Positions 23,136 through 38,100 of a stretch of 64,000 nt of DNA are shown here, in pieces; positions within the stretch are counted from its first letter, which is position 1; each line of letters starts with the position of its first letter. The stretch lies in contig OZ024740.1 in assembly GCA_964016885.1 (NCBI GenBank), positions 120,962,001 through 121,026,000 on the forward strand. The letters run 5' to 3'. The notes beneath the pieces were generated by a model. That model was not told the origin of the DNA. It saw only the letters and a list, made by a program, of their open reading frames with translations, and did not search any database. The stretch comes from Eledone cirrhosa. Its lineage: Eukaryota. Made by a program: the position numbers and the translations under genes.

Positions 23136-26100
23136 ATGACCCTCCCCAAGTATAACAATATTTGTTTCGACACACGATTTCATATAAAAAACCTCGCAAA
23201 ACTAATTCATCGCCGTTATGGCATTAGATTGTGCCAAACTGAAAGGCTATTGAAAGACACTGTTTTCTGTTATATAAAAACTACAATAACAACAGAACAA
23301 ATCCGTTTCTTAAAACACTGTGTTTCCTCCAAAATATACACACACAAACATATCAAAACAAGTAAATAATTTATTATTGAACAAAACACAAGCTGAACGA
23401 CTAAAACACACAATAACAGTTAATATGAAAAGAACAACATACACAAAAGTCAACGAACTTTACAGACAGAAACGCATTAACGGTAAGGAAGTCCAAAATC
23501 TCACCACACCAAACGAAAGTGATGACTTCATGAGCGTCATACGACGTGAAACGAAATACGCCCGAAACGAATGCAATAGGCATTTCAATAAGAAATTAGA
23601 ATGGATGAATAAGAAAAAACTACAAAAAGGAAAAATAGAATATTCTCAAAAATACCCAGATAACATCAACAATATCCGTATGACTGATGTAAAACTACCG
23701 CAACAATTTACTAATGACCACACAGTAAATATTTATGGGAACACTTTAATCAGTGAACAAGAACAAGAAATCCTGCAGCTACCACCAAAATTTGCCATCT
23801 ACAAAAAGATTAACCCTATCGAGTGCAAAACGAAGCTGGAAAAGTGTTTCACAAAAATACGTTGGAATGCAAAAGTAAACAACAACAACAATAATAACGG
23901 TAGTAGTAATATAAACAATAACACTGAGTATAAAAATAACAGCCATAACAATAACAATAGCAGGAGAGTGAGAAATAGTAATAACGGTAATAATACTAAC
24001 GATAGACAGAACAACAACTGCAACCACAATAATAATACTAATAGAAACACTAACCACAGACACAGCAGCAGCGACCACAGTAGTAATAACGGTAACAATA
24101 CGAACAACAATAACCACAGTGGTAATAATGGAAATAATACATGTAGCAACATTAATGATAGACACAACAAAAACAAGAAACATAATAAAAGTAACAACCA
24201 CAATGGTAGAAATAACAGTAACAACAACAATAACGGTGAAGTAAACAACAATACATCTAGCAATCGTAACAATAATACTAATGCTAATGATAGAAACAAC
24301 AACAACCACCATGATAACAACAATAGCAACACACACAACTATGACGATAGATATAATGACAACTCCTTAGAGAAACTATTTTTCAACCAAGCTGACAAAA
24401 CATATAAGATGGGTAATATCTATCCTACGAGGTTACCCTTTAACAAAAGAGTTTGCATACCACAACAAATAGATGACGAGACCGAGGCACAGTTCACCAT
24501 AGCTAGAAATAAGATTAGACAAATAGTAGACAGGTATACTAAGAGACAGAGCAGACCAGAGGCCCAACAACTTGGGAGGAAACCAACAACTTTGGAGGAA
24601 ACATGTAGAAGGCTTGGTTAGCCTCAAGCAGCGCACAAGGGATGGTGAGGTAGTATGTCTACCCACGGATAAGTCTGGTAGGTGTCAATAGATAGCATGC
24701 CGAACTACATCAGGGCTATGCAACCCCACATCATCAACACGAGCGAAATTGCACAGCAAACACATGATGGGAGAGAGAAAATCCTCAACGCTCACATGAT
24801 GATGTGGACTGACATCCTAAAGCCAAGCAGACGCACTACCAACAACTTCCAGTCGTCTAACAATGGCATACCACCCTAGTATGGGCCCCGCAAAGACCAC
24901 AAGACAGTCGACGACCCGACAACAGGACCACCAACAAGACCCGTATGCGGAGCTAATATAGCTAGCAACTACAGGATCTCCTACTTCCTCTCAATGGTTA
25001 CCGCCACATAATCAAGATGTCCCCAGATGTATGTGACAGTACAGAGGACTTCCTCAGTAGAATCAGTGAGTGCAACAAAAACAGGAACCTATCCAACTGC
25101 ATAATAGGGAGCATGGATGTGGTATCACTGTACCCATCCATTAACATTGATTTTGCTGTGGAAAAATGTGTGGAGATGATCATTGAGAGTGATGTGGAGT
25201 TCTGCGACGTCGACACAGACGAACTGGGTCTCCTACTTAGACTTACCTACGACACTGACTACCTAGACAGCCATGACCCTAGACGTTTCTGCCCTAGTAG
25301 ACCAATCAGAGGTAGACCCCCCACCATAACCTCAATGGCAAAAAAGACTCCCATGGGAAGGTGGATTGAGTGGACCAAAGCTATACGGACCCCCCAAAAC
25401 AATGATCAGGTAAGAAAAATGGTCGCACATGCAATAGGGCTAGTATCAAAACTACCCTAAAGGGCCACATATTCAAGTTCAACGAGATGATCTACACCCA
25501 AAATGAGGGAGCAGCCATTGGCGGCAGCATAGCTGGTGATGTTGCCAAACTTTTCATGGTATGGTGGGAAAGGAGACTTAAAGATCTCCTTAATGAGAGC
25601 TCCATAGACCTCATCATGTACTCTCGTTACGTAGACGATATCAATATAGTTATAAGAACATCCCCACTAGAGAGCACTAACAAGTTTGATTTAGAACGTA
25701 GCACAATGGAAAGCATCCAGCAGATAGCTAATTCCATACACCAGAGTATAACTGTTACTATCGACTTCCCTTCCAAACACCCTACCAATAGACTACCTGT
25801 ATTAGACACGGAACTCTAGATTAACACTATAGACGAGAGAGCCCAAATTCTCCACTCACACTATGCTAAACCTATGGCCTCCAAATACCTGATACTCAAA
25901 AACTCAGCAATGTCCAGTAGTGCTAAGTTTAATATTCTGATCGCAGATTTGGTACGAGTGATGAAGAATGTGTCCCGCATGTGCGACCCAACAGAAATGG
26001 AAAGACACATCCAACACTTCATCAACCGTATGCTGTTCTCTGGCTACAACCAAAGAGACAGAGTCAGAGTATACGAAGGAGCCATGGAGAAGTATAGGAC

Positions 26101-26782
26101 CCTCATAGAACTGGACATGAAAGGAATTTGCCCATTATACAGGAGAAAATCATGGAATAGCTTAGATAGGGCTAGACATAAGATAGGGAAAGCCACCTCA
26201 TGGTACGACAACCAGAGATACCAGAGTGTCATGTTTGTGGACGCTACCCATGGAGGGAAATTAGCTAACCAGTGTAGAAAGGCCCTGAGAAAGACCCATT
26301 TAAAGATTAAGGTGGTAGAAAAGCCAGGAACCACCATAAAATCCCTGATCAGCAAAACCTACCTTTTTAAGAAAACCCACTGTACTAATAGGAAATGTAT
26401 CATATGTAAGGTAAACCCCCGGATAAACTGTAAAACTAGAAACGTAGCCTATAGCATAAGATGTACAGAGGGTACTTGCAGAAACATGACAACAACATAC
26501 ATAGGCGAGACAGCTCGTAGCATAGGTGAAAGGATAGACCAACACTGGTGGGAACTAAAAGGACGAAAAAACGGGTCAGTATTATACGAACATGCCAGAC
26601 AACAACACGACGGTAACATAGACAACATAGAAATTAGAATAATATCTAAACATAGAAATGACCCAGTAGATAGGCAAATCAGAGAGGCTAGTAAATAGAA
26701 CTTAGAAGCCCAAGACTAAACAGAAAGAATGAATGGAATAACAACAACACCCAAACAAACAACACTGACCTAAGAGAAGTAT
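23136..26782 (+). pseudogene. Frameshifted full-length PLE ORF (RT + GIY-YIG)
   Basis: ORF pieces 23136, 23320, 24682, 25017, 25487 and 25874 are collinear with the 1498-4839 protein and supply the native N-terminus MTLPKYNN. Confidence 0.93.
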
Positions 26783-27026
26783 AAATAAATAAATAAATAG
26801 ATAAATAAATAAATAAATACATACACAAGCACAATAACAACAAACACATATAAACACACACTAGTCACCCAATCACGAACACACATCAAACAAAACACTA
26901 TACACACACGCAAACGCATGCGCAAAGAAGACAAAATAAAATAAACAAACAAACAAATAAATAAATATATAGACAGACTAAATAAAAATAGCGTAGACAT
27001 ACAATGTAACGGGAGGAAACAATAGC

Positions 27027-27068
27027 ACCACTGACGATGTTGCAGATGTGCAACGAAAGAACTTTGAT
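27027..27068 (+). ncRNA. Minimal hammerhead ribozyme in the 3' pLTR
   Basis: Same motif as 22911-22952. Confidence 0.68.
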
Positions 27069-27350
27069 AAACTATATATATATGTGTTTGTGTCTATATT
27101 GTATCCTTATTATTTTTGACCGTCGGTCAGTCAATGGCAACATTGAGGACGGAATAAATTAGATTACCGATATAAGACACAGAAGCGAAAAGCGAAAACC
27201 AACCAAACAGTAAGTGTGTTCTGTTATTAATTCTGGCAATATTACACAAATATGACCCTCCCCAAGTATAACAATATATATATACATATATATAAATATA
27301 TTTATATATATAAATATATTTATATATATATAAATATATATATATATATA

Positions 27351-27505
<155 letters not shown>

Positions 27506-29344
27506 AGGAGAGAGAGAGAGGGAGAGAGAGAGTGGAGAGAGAGTTAGTATCCATGTATTGATTTTCGCATCTATAAATGGAAATAGATCTTTTCAAATAC
27601 TACACCGATCAATCTATCAGGCCCTTCACACTCACACACACGCGCACACACACACATACACACCCGCATGCACACGCATACGAGGTACTTGGAGGAGAAC
27701 TTAGGTTTGTAGAAAAAAAGGGAATATTAAAACACACTGTAATAACAATATTTTTCAACACAGTTCGGTTAACATTTTACTAACTATATGAGAAAGTCAC
27801 AGAATCATTTAATAGTTTTTACCACATATGTATTTGTAAGGATATTAGATGCACTAACAATCCTTTAGTTACCAAATCTATTGGGGAAATTACGGCATAT
27901 CCAGATGGATGTTTATCTTTCACCGGTTTATGATTTGCTTACAGAAACAAAAACAATTTTATTTTATTTTATTCTGGATCTACTTACGTATTGAAGTCAT
28001 TTTATCGGTGGATTGATTTTCCCATCCATGGTCTATGTACGAACGATAAACCATTGGAATATTAAATCCTTAGGTTGCTCAATGAAATAAAAAATTAACG
28101 TTGCCGAATCTCCCCTGATCTGGTGGCGATAGTCTGTCGTATGATCATAGCATAGAATACGGGGAATGCGTTAGATGAAAGCTCTGCTCATTTACGAAGC
28201 AACATATTTCGGTGCAATGGAAAAATTAGAAAAACCATAAACAAATTGATGCTAATGTAAAAATACATAGATAAATAAAGATGGTCACAGATTAACAAAT
28301 GATCTTTTCTAAAATGTCAGTAAATAAAACGAAATGTTAGCCTTGGGGCAACGATCCAATTGATGTGGCCTTTGTTGATTCGTTGAATATATTAGAAATG
28401 AAGAACAAATCAGCTGGAATCAACAGTGATTTATTGCTACGGCTATCTTGCTTAACACGTTTATTATAAAGAGATGTTTTGTTTTTTTTCGTTTCTTTTA
28501 ACGGTATTCTCAAGAAATGGGTTCAAACATGTCTTCTATGACAATAATTCAAACATTATTATCAGAGTCTCTTTGTGTTACTGTTGGTGATATTGGTGAT
28601 GTGATAGTAAGAATGATACGTGATGCATGTGTAAGGGTCATACATTTTTTACTATTTTTGGCGAACTTTAGTGACCAGCGATGCATCAATTCGCTTTTCG
28701 TATGAAGTCCAAAACAATAATTATAATCGTCTATCTCATATACACTCTATTTCCTTCACAATAGAGAATACACTATCAAAGCCCGGATATTTATATATAT
28801 GATAGCATATTACCCGGCAAGAATGACGGAGATTAATGTAAACAATTAATATATGTAGTGATGTTTGAAACCTTCCTTATCCATATTTTCTCACCGCCAC
28901 CACCCACCCATTCACTTCATACGCCGGCTATTGTCGCAATTAATTTTACATTAATTTAATTTAATTATAATAATTTTCTTCCTTATTTCCTTTAAAAATG
29001 AAGACAAATGTCAACTACATTGCGATATCTTTATTATATCTCTCTATCTACCTTCTGAATATTGGGATTCCTTTTTTGCAGTTGTCGCTGTTGTTATTCA
29101 TGATGACAAATATACATACATCTTTAAAAATGAATAGGCAGATAAAAAGATAAAAAAGATAGACCTATTCATAGATAGATAGCTACAGAAAGCTGTTGTT
29201 AAACTATTGACAAAATAGCTGGTGTGTTTATCTTATCCTCTCTGTGTGGGAGAGGCTCCGGAGATATCAAAGGACATACATGTTCAAATTACGTACTACA
29301 ACCCAAACAAATGTATAACTTAGTGATAGTCACGTGGTCATAAC

Positions 29345-29825
29345 TTTTGTTACTGAATAGAAAGCACGAGTGGAATAGTAGCAACCTCACGATGTCAGGG
29401 CAATATAAAGACATTAAAAAACACACAAGAACAAAACTAATAAAATCCCCCTCCCCCGCTATACACATATAGAACAAGTAACTAATGATTGACATGTAGG
29501 AAAGAGAAACTATTTGTACAAAAAAATAACAATTGAATAAATATAAACAGACACACACGGATAAAATGCGTGCGCAGCCTAAGAACACAGCTCACAAAAA
29601 CAAGATGATATAAGGCAGATCAAAGGGGAGACACAAAGTTACAACAAATATAGTCACTTATGATGTCACAGAATATGTGGGGAAAGAGATTTGACAATCA
29701 AAATATAAACAACCACCGGTTACTAAACGAACCGGCTGTAAAAATTATAAAAATAAATTGAAGTTAAGCCTAACAGGTGCGTGTGTTTTATTATTGGCAA
29801 CATAGCCCTGACAAAGGATAATAAC
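29345..29825 (+). mobile_element. Old pLTR remnant of a family B-like PLE with a decayed HHR (about 29653-29695)
   Basis: Encodes LNRKHEWNS; UTR similar to the reverse complement of 13209-13600. Confidence 0.7.
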
Positions 29826-29864
29826 ATGCAGCCTCCCTCCCCCAAGATATATATTTATATCATA

Positions 29865-30745
29865 TATGAGGTTTGTCCCAAAAGGAAGAGAACTGGTATT
29901 TTATTTAAATGCACCCTAGACGTACATAAAAGTTATCTACCTCAAAATACGATCCTTGGGATGTCACACAGTGGTTACACCTTTTTTTGCATTGATCGTA
30001 GCAGTAATGGAAGTAATTTTCTGTGACTGTGTTTTGCTCGTACACGAAAAACCCATGATTCATCACTTTATCAAGAAATGTGGCACAATGTTGAGTCTTT
30101 CTGGCAAGTCCTGACAAATTCCCAAACAGTTCACTTTTTGTTCCACAGATAAACATTTGGGCACTGGGTCTAGTACCAATTACTTACATGTGCAAATGGT
30201 CTATTAAAATTCTGTGAATTGCATTTTTATGTAAGCCCGTTTCTTCAAATATCAACCTAATACTTAATCAGCGATCTTTTTCCATCACTGCTTTGCCACC
30301 ACTTCCACCATTTATTCATTGGTTGACGAAACTGGTCTTCCAGAACGAGGTTAGTCTTGAATATTTTCTTAGCCTCCTTTGAAAGCTTTGTGTCACTTAG
30401 AAATACTAACGTATCGATAGGGATACCATCGCCATAAGATTGTGTTAAAGAAATATATGTTTTGGTGGAGAAATTTGCTGAGGTTCTCATGAAATTTGGT
30501 TGCATACCGTTATTCGATATTTTCAGGCATGGCAAGCATAACAGAAGTTATAAGCACACAAGTAGATAAATAGCAAGGACTCACGACTGTCTCAATACTC
30601 ACGACTGTCTCAATTGATCATGATGAAAAAGTATGTGCGTGCAATCAAGCCCATTACTAATATGCCTATATCCATCAACGAAGTGATGCTTTACCATATT
30701 AGAAATAGGAAATTCAGTACCCTTACTTTTGCGGAAAATCTCGTA
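29865..30745 (-). mobile_element. Decayed, internally deleted mariner-like DNA transposon
   Basis: Imperfect TIRs TATGAGGTTTGTCC / GGAAAATCTCGTA; minus-strand remnants TKTY..LTQSYGD and PRSGRP (mariner HTH region). Confidence 0.65.
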
Positions 30746-30837
30746 TATATAACTCTTTCTTTAATATATATATATATATACACAGAGTATCACCCCAAAT
30801 ACATCTTCGTTTATTAGCTTCGTTTATTCATATTCGC

Positions 30838-31360
30838 TGCTATATATATTTCAGTGAGAGCCCTTATTCAACAGCTATGACCTCATCAGGTAGTAAGAAC
30901 TTGAACAGAAAAATAATTGGAAAACATAATGTTGTAATAGATTTTACCTTGTTAATCCATTGATATGTTCAGACTCAGAGTGTGGTGTTAGTCCTCTAAG
31001 GAACTGAAAGCGTATGATTTAGAATGAACGAATTTCAACGTCCGGAGAATATGCCCTCACCTCACTGGTCAGATATCATATAACCTCCCCAGTCGAAAGT
31101 CTATTGAAATTCATCGGCAAGTTCGCCTAAAAACAGGTCAGCCTGTTAGAATTGCTTTTAACTGCATATATATACTGGTCCAGTTGACCTACTTCACTGT
31201 TGTGGTACCGGTGTGAGCAGGTCAGTTAGCTGGTCAATTACAATCCCCCTGTTGTGGTGGTATTTAGGTTGTCAAGGAAGAATTGATGGAGGTAAACTGA
31301 CATAGGTTCCTCTGATGGTGTTAGTGCTTCTCCATACCGCTAGGTCTTATAGTGGGAGAT
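30838..31360 (-). mobile_element. Probable decayed PLE 3' end with a degenerate HHR at about 30838-30895
   Basis: Minus strand ctac-CTGATGA-ggt...act-GAAA-tata-TA; adjacent sequence only weakly coding-like. Confidence 0.4.
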
Positions 31361-31619
31361 GCTATTAATGTGTGTTAAAACAAATACGTGTTAAAATCTA
31401 GAAGTGTTAAGATTTATAATTTGTATTCTAAACATTTAGTACACAGCCGCAAACGTCCATCTACATACACCCATGTATAAAAACAAACATAAGTGCACTC
31501 ACATATCTACATCCACACATTCACATACATCCGTACACAAATATACACGCACACACATAAGTACATACACGCACATGTGTGGATACGCATAGACGGACAC
31601 AGACTCATATGTCCCCTCA

Positions 31620-32342
31620 GGGGATGGGGAGAGAAGTAATAGGTGTGTCTTATTCGCTTGTAACAGTTAGTACTGACTCTTGCGTGCGAAAGGGGTCAGG
31701 TTTGAGGTAGCATATCCCTCGGAGGATCGGATCACAGGCCGGGGCTGGGTGGTGAGGCCTGGTGATCAGAAACCTGGGGTGTCTGGTTGCACACAACGTA
31801 GGACTCTGTTGACTCGCTAATTAGCTAGTGTCTGCTAACTTGGGTTCGAGTTATGGAAGTGAGAGAGAAGGGTAGACCACAGCGGTGTGAGGCACGGTTC
31901 TAGCTGCTAGGTAAGTGTAGTTAATTGGCGTTATAAGTGGTATTCGAGACGATTTGAGCGGAAGGAGGGTAGGTGTCGGGGGCGGGATTGATGCCTCGGG
32001 AGCTCAGTGAGATGGGGTTGCTATCCATAGAGCTTGAGAGAAGATCCCTTCCTAAGGGGTTGTTATCCATATAGCCTGAGGAAAGTTCCCGACCTAAGGA
32101 GTCTACATGTACCAAAGAAATGGGTCCTAAGGTTGATTAGATTACTCCCACCACTGACTATCCCCAGAGTCTCACTCAGACAGAGGTTGCAGATGCCAGA
32201 TCCAGTCCGTCTGGTGGTACCTCCCTAATTTGGACCAGTCCAAAGAGTACAGGCTCTTGTCTAGTTTGAGCTTCCAGAATAGTTCGAAAAGGGCCGTACT
32301 TTTCCTTTTGTCTATCCTATTAAAGGAATGACGGTGGTAATA

Positions 32343-32345
<3 letters not shown>
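31620..32345 (-). mobile_element. PLE remnant: GIY-YIG C-terminus and 3' UTR
   Basis: HRHSF..STAL...W.LK, then CNLCLSE....LINLR.....CR; similar to 6781-7173. Confidence 0.7.
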
Positions 32346-32393
<48 letters not shown>

Positions 32394-32394
32394 A

Positions 32395-32719
32395 AAGTAA
32401 GTCCATAGAATCATTTGATAAAATATATACAGTATTTCTTCTGCCTATCAGCATAATCAACCACACAAAAGATCAATTAAACGAGGCTATAATTTTAAAA
32501 TGAAACAATAGATAAATAAATGATAGCTATTTTATCCGCGATCCACATCCACAGAATATTTACCTAGTATTTCTAATAGCCCGTAGAAATTGACGAGACA
32601 TATAGTTAACCATACACAATTAGGTACAAAATCAAAGTTAGAAGAAAAAATGTAATAAACATACCAAAATCATGTTTCTACCCTGAGGTTTAATTCGCTT
32701 TTTGGAAATATCCGATCAT

Positions 32720-32722
<3 letters not shown>
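32395..32722 (-). mobile_element. Truncated copy of the HHR-bearing repeat at 61170-61863 (family G); only the 3' half of the HHR is kept
   Basis: Collinear similarity to 61175-61500 (tagaatcatttgataa...cataatcaaccacacaaaaga...gtttctaccct). Confidence 0.75.
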
Positions 32723-32784
<62 letters not shown>

Positions 32785-32863
32785 AGAGAGAGATAGAGAG
32801 AGAGAGAGAGGAAGAAAGAAAGAGAGAGAGAGAGAGGGGAAGTGAGAGAGAGAGCGAGAGAGA

Positions 32864-32953
<90 letters not shown>

Positions 32954-33477
32954 TATATAATATATATATACATATATGTGAGTGTATGTGAAGGGTGCCT
33001 GTATGTGTGTATATGGGATTGTGAATGATAAATATTTATAGCTATATGGGAACACAGTTGGCCGAGTCGGCACTGGACCGGGCAACGTGTCATACGTCAG
33101 TGACGCGTATCTTGTCTTTCAACGCACAATGCCTACATTAAAAGACATATTGACTGTAGCATATAAGAAACGACTCACCTATGAAGGAAGTGGCATTACA
33201 TTGTAATCGGCAGTTAATAATTCAAATATGTCTGTTGCTTCAACTAAGATAGGATAAATTCCATCGAGCTGACTCCAACAACAAACAATACATGCAATCA
33301 TACTCTCTCTCAAGATTCAACTACGACCCAATATACACAGATACGCACACACATATATTCACACACACACATACACACCAATATATATATATATGGGTGT
33401 ATGTGTGTGTGCACGTGTGAGTTTGCGTGTGACAATATAGTTGGCATGAGGCAGATAACTCTGATAATAATTTATTA

Positions 33478-33659
33478 TTGGCAGTATCGGTAGAGGGTCG
33501 GAAGCCATGCTTTCCAGCATAGTTACGTCCCTTTACGATCTGTGTTCAAATCCCGCCGAGGTTGACTTTGCCATTCATCCTTACGGGGTCGATAAAATAA
33601 AGTACCAGTAATGCACTGGGTAATTGCTGGCCTTGTGCCTAAAGTAGAAACAATTATTA
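33478..33659 (+). mobile_element. tRNA-derived SINE
   Basis: A box TGGCAGTATCGG, B box GTTCAAATCC, (ATT) tail; multiple copies in the window. Confidence 0.85.
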
Positions 33660-34405
33660 CAATTAGTAGTTGATTAAATCGGGTCAGGTACTCACACAGA
33701 CCGAAAGATGAGGACAGAGAAGCGTGTTTTATTTCCCTGCTTGCAGCTGTATTCACATCTATTCGCCATCTCAACGACTATTGTACATTATTTATTCAAC
33801 TACAACTTATAAATATAACATTGTGGCGATGGTATTTTCAAAATTCAAATATGTTTCTTCTTCGTAAGTCACCCAAATGTCCCCGCCTTCTCCTCTATAT
33901 TTCTCTCACACACGGAAACACGTATATAACATATGTGTACATGTGTGTGTGGACGTGTATACACACATACATATACACGGTGCGTTTGTGATTTATTGAA
34001 AATTAACCCCAAAATAGAAAAGTGCATGACATCCTATGGCTGATAGTAAGCCCAGATCTGACGTAAAATATATCTTATTAAATCTGTTAATGGCAGAGGC
34101 CTCTAATTTAAAATATATCTGTGACGCCATTAGAAAACAAGGGATCATGAATGGATGGATTTATAGAATTCTAGATGTAGTCCTTTGCTTGTCTATTCTG
34201 GCTTCTTTATACCTAGATATGGCGGTATTGTGAACTAGACGAATTCTCTTCTTTTAAAAGTGATACGCAAACACTCCTCAGTTCATAGAAATCCATTAGA
34301 AATAAATTTCCTATTGATACCTAAGGTTTCATAAATTTGCCACACAGAGAGGTAAGTATATAAGAATACATTGGAAGATTAGATATATGGGTTTCAAGGC
34401 TTTAG

Positions 34406-34456
<51 letters not shown>

Positions 34457-35177
34457 ACGCACCGTCTCTCTCTCTCTAAAACACACTCAACCAAATACGT
34501 AGATACACAGAAATGACTGCTTTCATTATTATGGCATATATAGTTTAACATTATAGAGGAGGAAAGGAATTAATGAATGGGTGACTATTGTATTACTCAA
34601 ATGATTTTTCCATTTCGCTTAAGGTGTCACAAGTTTACGTACGTATAGCCCGAAGTTACATCGATATCCAGCTAAGTTATTGTTTCTTTATTGTTATTGA
34701 ATAATAAAATCGGCCAAGGCATTCATAAAGTCTTCACACAAAAGAAGTTTCTTGTTCGAATTCGCTTAAATAAATAGAACAAATTATAGGCAATTATCCA
34801 GTGAAATAAGCTATATTAAGGATAATGTCTTACATGTTGAGTTTAATGAAACCATACATAAATATATACGCAAAGTAAGAAAAAAGAAGATAAAAAAAAG
34901 ATTAGGTCACACCCCCAGTACTTATTTAACCAAACTCTTCTCAACATTTGAGTTCTCTAAAAGTTTTAAAGCATTATTATATCTATTGTAATGTAGTCGA
35001 TGAAAATGACGATTATTCCATGACTCCAAAATTTCAATACACGGAATTTACTCTCATATCCGACATAAAATATTTTCGGCATTATAAAACGCATGCATAC
35101 GCAAACACACACACATACACACACACACATATATATATATATACGTGCGCGCACACACACTTAAATATCTATCTATC

Positions 35178-38100
35178 GTTGATAGTAGATGTGTGTTACT
35201 TCGGCTGCAGCCTTTTGGGATTTGTATTACGTTTTTGACTGTGAGTTTGTGTTTCATTTGTTTTATCTGTGTGACCTAACCTCCCGCCTGGACTTGCAGA
35301 CGGATGGTTATTTTATTTTTACCTCTTTTTAGGGGTAAAAACTACTTTGAAATATTTGTATACCAACTTACAATAATGGACACCATACATGAAAACAACA
35401 CTGCCCCCCCCCCCCCCCCAGGGAAAGTGATAAAGAGGAACAAGTAACTCAACCTACTGAAGCTTCCCTTCTCTCGCTTTCGCATGCGAGTATGGAAGCG
35501 GATTTGGCGAACAATTGTAAAAACTTGGGTAATAACCCAAACAATAGAAACAGTAAATTGAAAGAATGTATAAATTACACTAACACCAAAAACACCAACA
35601 CAGATAACAAAGAAAATAACACAAACACACACAAAAGCGAAATCAGCAGCAACAATGACAAAGAAAACAACATAAATATGAACTCAAAACACAAAAAAAT
35701 GGGTGAAAACCCCAAAAACTGTACCGCAAACAACAACAACCAAAACGCAAACACCCAAGAAAACAAGAACAACAGCAACGAAACAGAAAAAAGAAAAGAC
35801 CCCACTACACGAATATCCTTTGCCTAGGTTGTTAAGGAGACCGAAACTTTCACCCCAGTTGACACCAGTAATGCAGCGGAATTTCTAAAAGAGGGGAGAA
35901 AACAGGTGAGCTTTGGTGAAAACGGTGGATTTACCATAATCTCCCCTAAGGATATTAAAAGAGACACGGTCCTAAGGACAATTAATTTTAGAACTATATC
36001 AAATGCGTCGAAAAAACCAGCTCAATTATCGCTTAGCGAAATTGAGCTGGTGTTAAAAGACGCGTTGAAGGACATCATTTTTATTGAGAGAGGGAAGTTA
36101 TATGGGAGTCTGTTAATTTTGATGAAGGACCAATTGGTGGCCCAAAAATACTCGGTGTCGCCAATTGTGTCCAAACTACACTTTCTTCCCCACCTACTTT
36201 GGGAAGAAAACTAAAAAAATAACAATCTCCGGTATACACCCAAATACAAATATGTGGTGGATACTAGGAGGGATACTGGACGACGAAGATGAACTCCTTG
36301 ATATAGGCAAAGCCACCAGGGTCCATTTTGGCGGTATAGGCATACAGGTTCTGGTTCAAATGAAACCATAACGTATCGCAAATATACCACAATGAGTGTC
36401 CCTGGAAGGCTCCCAATTAATGAACATTGCAGTTGAGGGTAAGCGGCCCGCTTCCTACCTCTGTGGAGGCAGAGGTTACCTGATGGCTGCCTGTCCTCAA
36501 CGAACTAAAAAAACTTTACTGCCAACACCTTCAAAAACAACGTCAACACCACCACCACCACAACAACAACAACAAACACAAGTCAACGAAAATCTGAACA
36601 CGGACCACCCAACCACTCCACACCCAAAACAACTCCACAAACAAAAACACAATCACCACCACCATACCACCCCCAAAACAACAAACACAAGTCAACAAAA
36701 AATTGAACACGGTCCCACCCAACCCATCCCCACCTAAAACAACTCCAACAACATACATAACAAAACCCCAAAATATACTCCTCCCCTCCAACATGGAAGG
36801 GGATCCCTTAACGTTAGAAGACGAGGGGGAACCCTTCCAAAAAATAAAGTGAAACAAAAGAAAACACACCGCACCCACACAAAGAACCCCCCCCCCCCCA
36901 AATAAATACAGAACAAAAACCAACAAAAGTTACACAGACACAGCTATACACATACTTCAACACAAAAAATATAACTTGTAAACAAAATTGAACAAAACCC
37001 TTCGTGCCAACCGACGGGCCAAATTTCACGAGGGACAGAGAGAACTCCGATAGACATTTATATAGAACTAAAAGACAATTTTCCTGAGGACGTGCCCCCC
37101 TCCCATGTATAAAACCAATGAACCGTGTCCTCTTGAAACATTTCCTCACCCCCATCCGAGTCACCCACACCACACCAAACACCCCAACCAACCACACTAT
37201 GATGTCCCCACCAAACCACAAACCACCACCCCACCCAACAACCCCTCCCTCACCCCCATGGAAGTTGTGTAGCCCGGTCCCCAGGACGTAAGGAGGTAGG
37301 TGCATTTTCTTTTTCTTCCCCTTCGCCGCCAACATGGCTGTATTGAGAGTAGGATGTCTGAATGCGCGTGGCCTGAGCTCACCTTGGAAGCAGGCAAAAC
37401 TTCTAAATGACCTCAGGTCGCGCAGTATAAATGTCATGGCTATTTGCGAGTCCAGGGTCAGCAGCGAACGCCAGCTATCCCCCACCTTTAACGACTTTGC
37501 GATCTATGCAACTCTCTGTCCGCCAGGAGGTGGGGGTGGGATGTTGTTCTGCTGCAAATACACCTGGGCCTCGCAACGCAGACGGTGCACTTGGACCCGG
37601 AGGGTCGACTGGTGGTACTAGACGTAGGCAGTGGTGAAGGTGGAGCCTTTAGACTGGTCGCCGCCTATGTCCCTTTTGGGGCAGCGAGGCTGGACTTCTT
37701 CCAACGTCTGGAGACTTTTCTAGGGACGTCCCGCTCCCTGCTTTTAGTGGGGGACTGGAATGGTATCCTAGATGCACGTTTGGACTATGTAGGGGCATGT
37801 AACAGCCTCAAACGGTTAATCGGCCGATTTTACCTGGCCGATAGATATCGACTAGATTTTCCGACTGCGCCAACCTGGACTTGGACTAACCATAGCGGAT
37901 CATCTAGAACGTACCTAGATAGGGTCCTAGTTAAAAATAAGGATAAGGACCTACTAAGTTGTCCAGAGATGAGCATGGTTGGCTATTCAGATCACAAATT
38001 AGTGACCTGCTTAGTCAACCTTGATAGAACGCATAGACAGGGACCCGGTTACTGGAAGCTGAACTTGTCCTTACCGGCAAGTAAAGCTTACAGGGATCGG

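Larger units (their letters stand above)
22446..27277 (+). mobile_element. Penelope-like element family A, copy 2: inverted tail piece + 5' pLTR + full-length decayed ORF + 3' pLTR
   Basis: Direct repeats 22516-23161 and 26629-27277; inverted piece 22446-22515; (TA)n on both sides. Confidence 0.96.

Noticed and set aside
23095-23150. Candidate short intron in the pLTR (GTGAGT...AAG)
   Set aside because: Copy 1 lacks the AG acceptor and the splice does not restore frame with the upstream ATG; needs RNA data
33478-33560. tRNA gene (A and B boxes)
   Set aside because: Head of a multi-copy SINE with no cloverleaf
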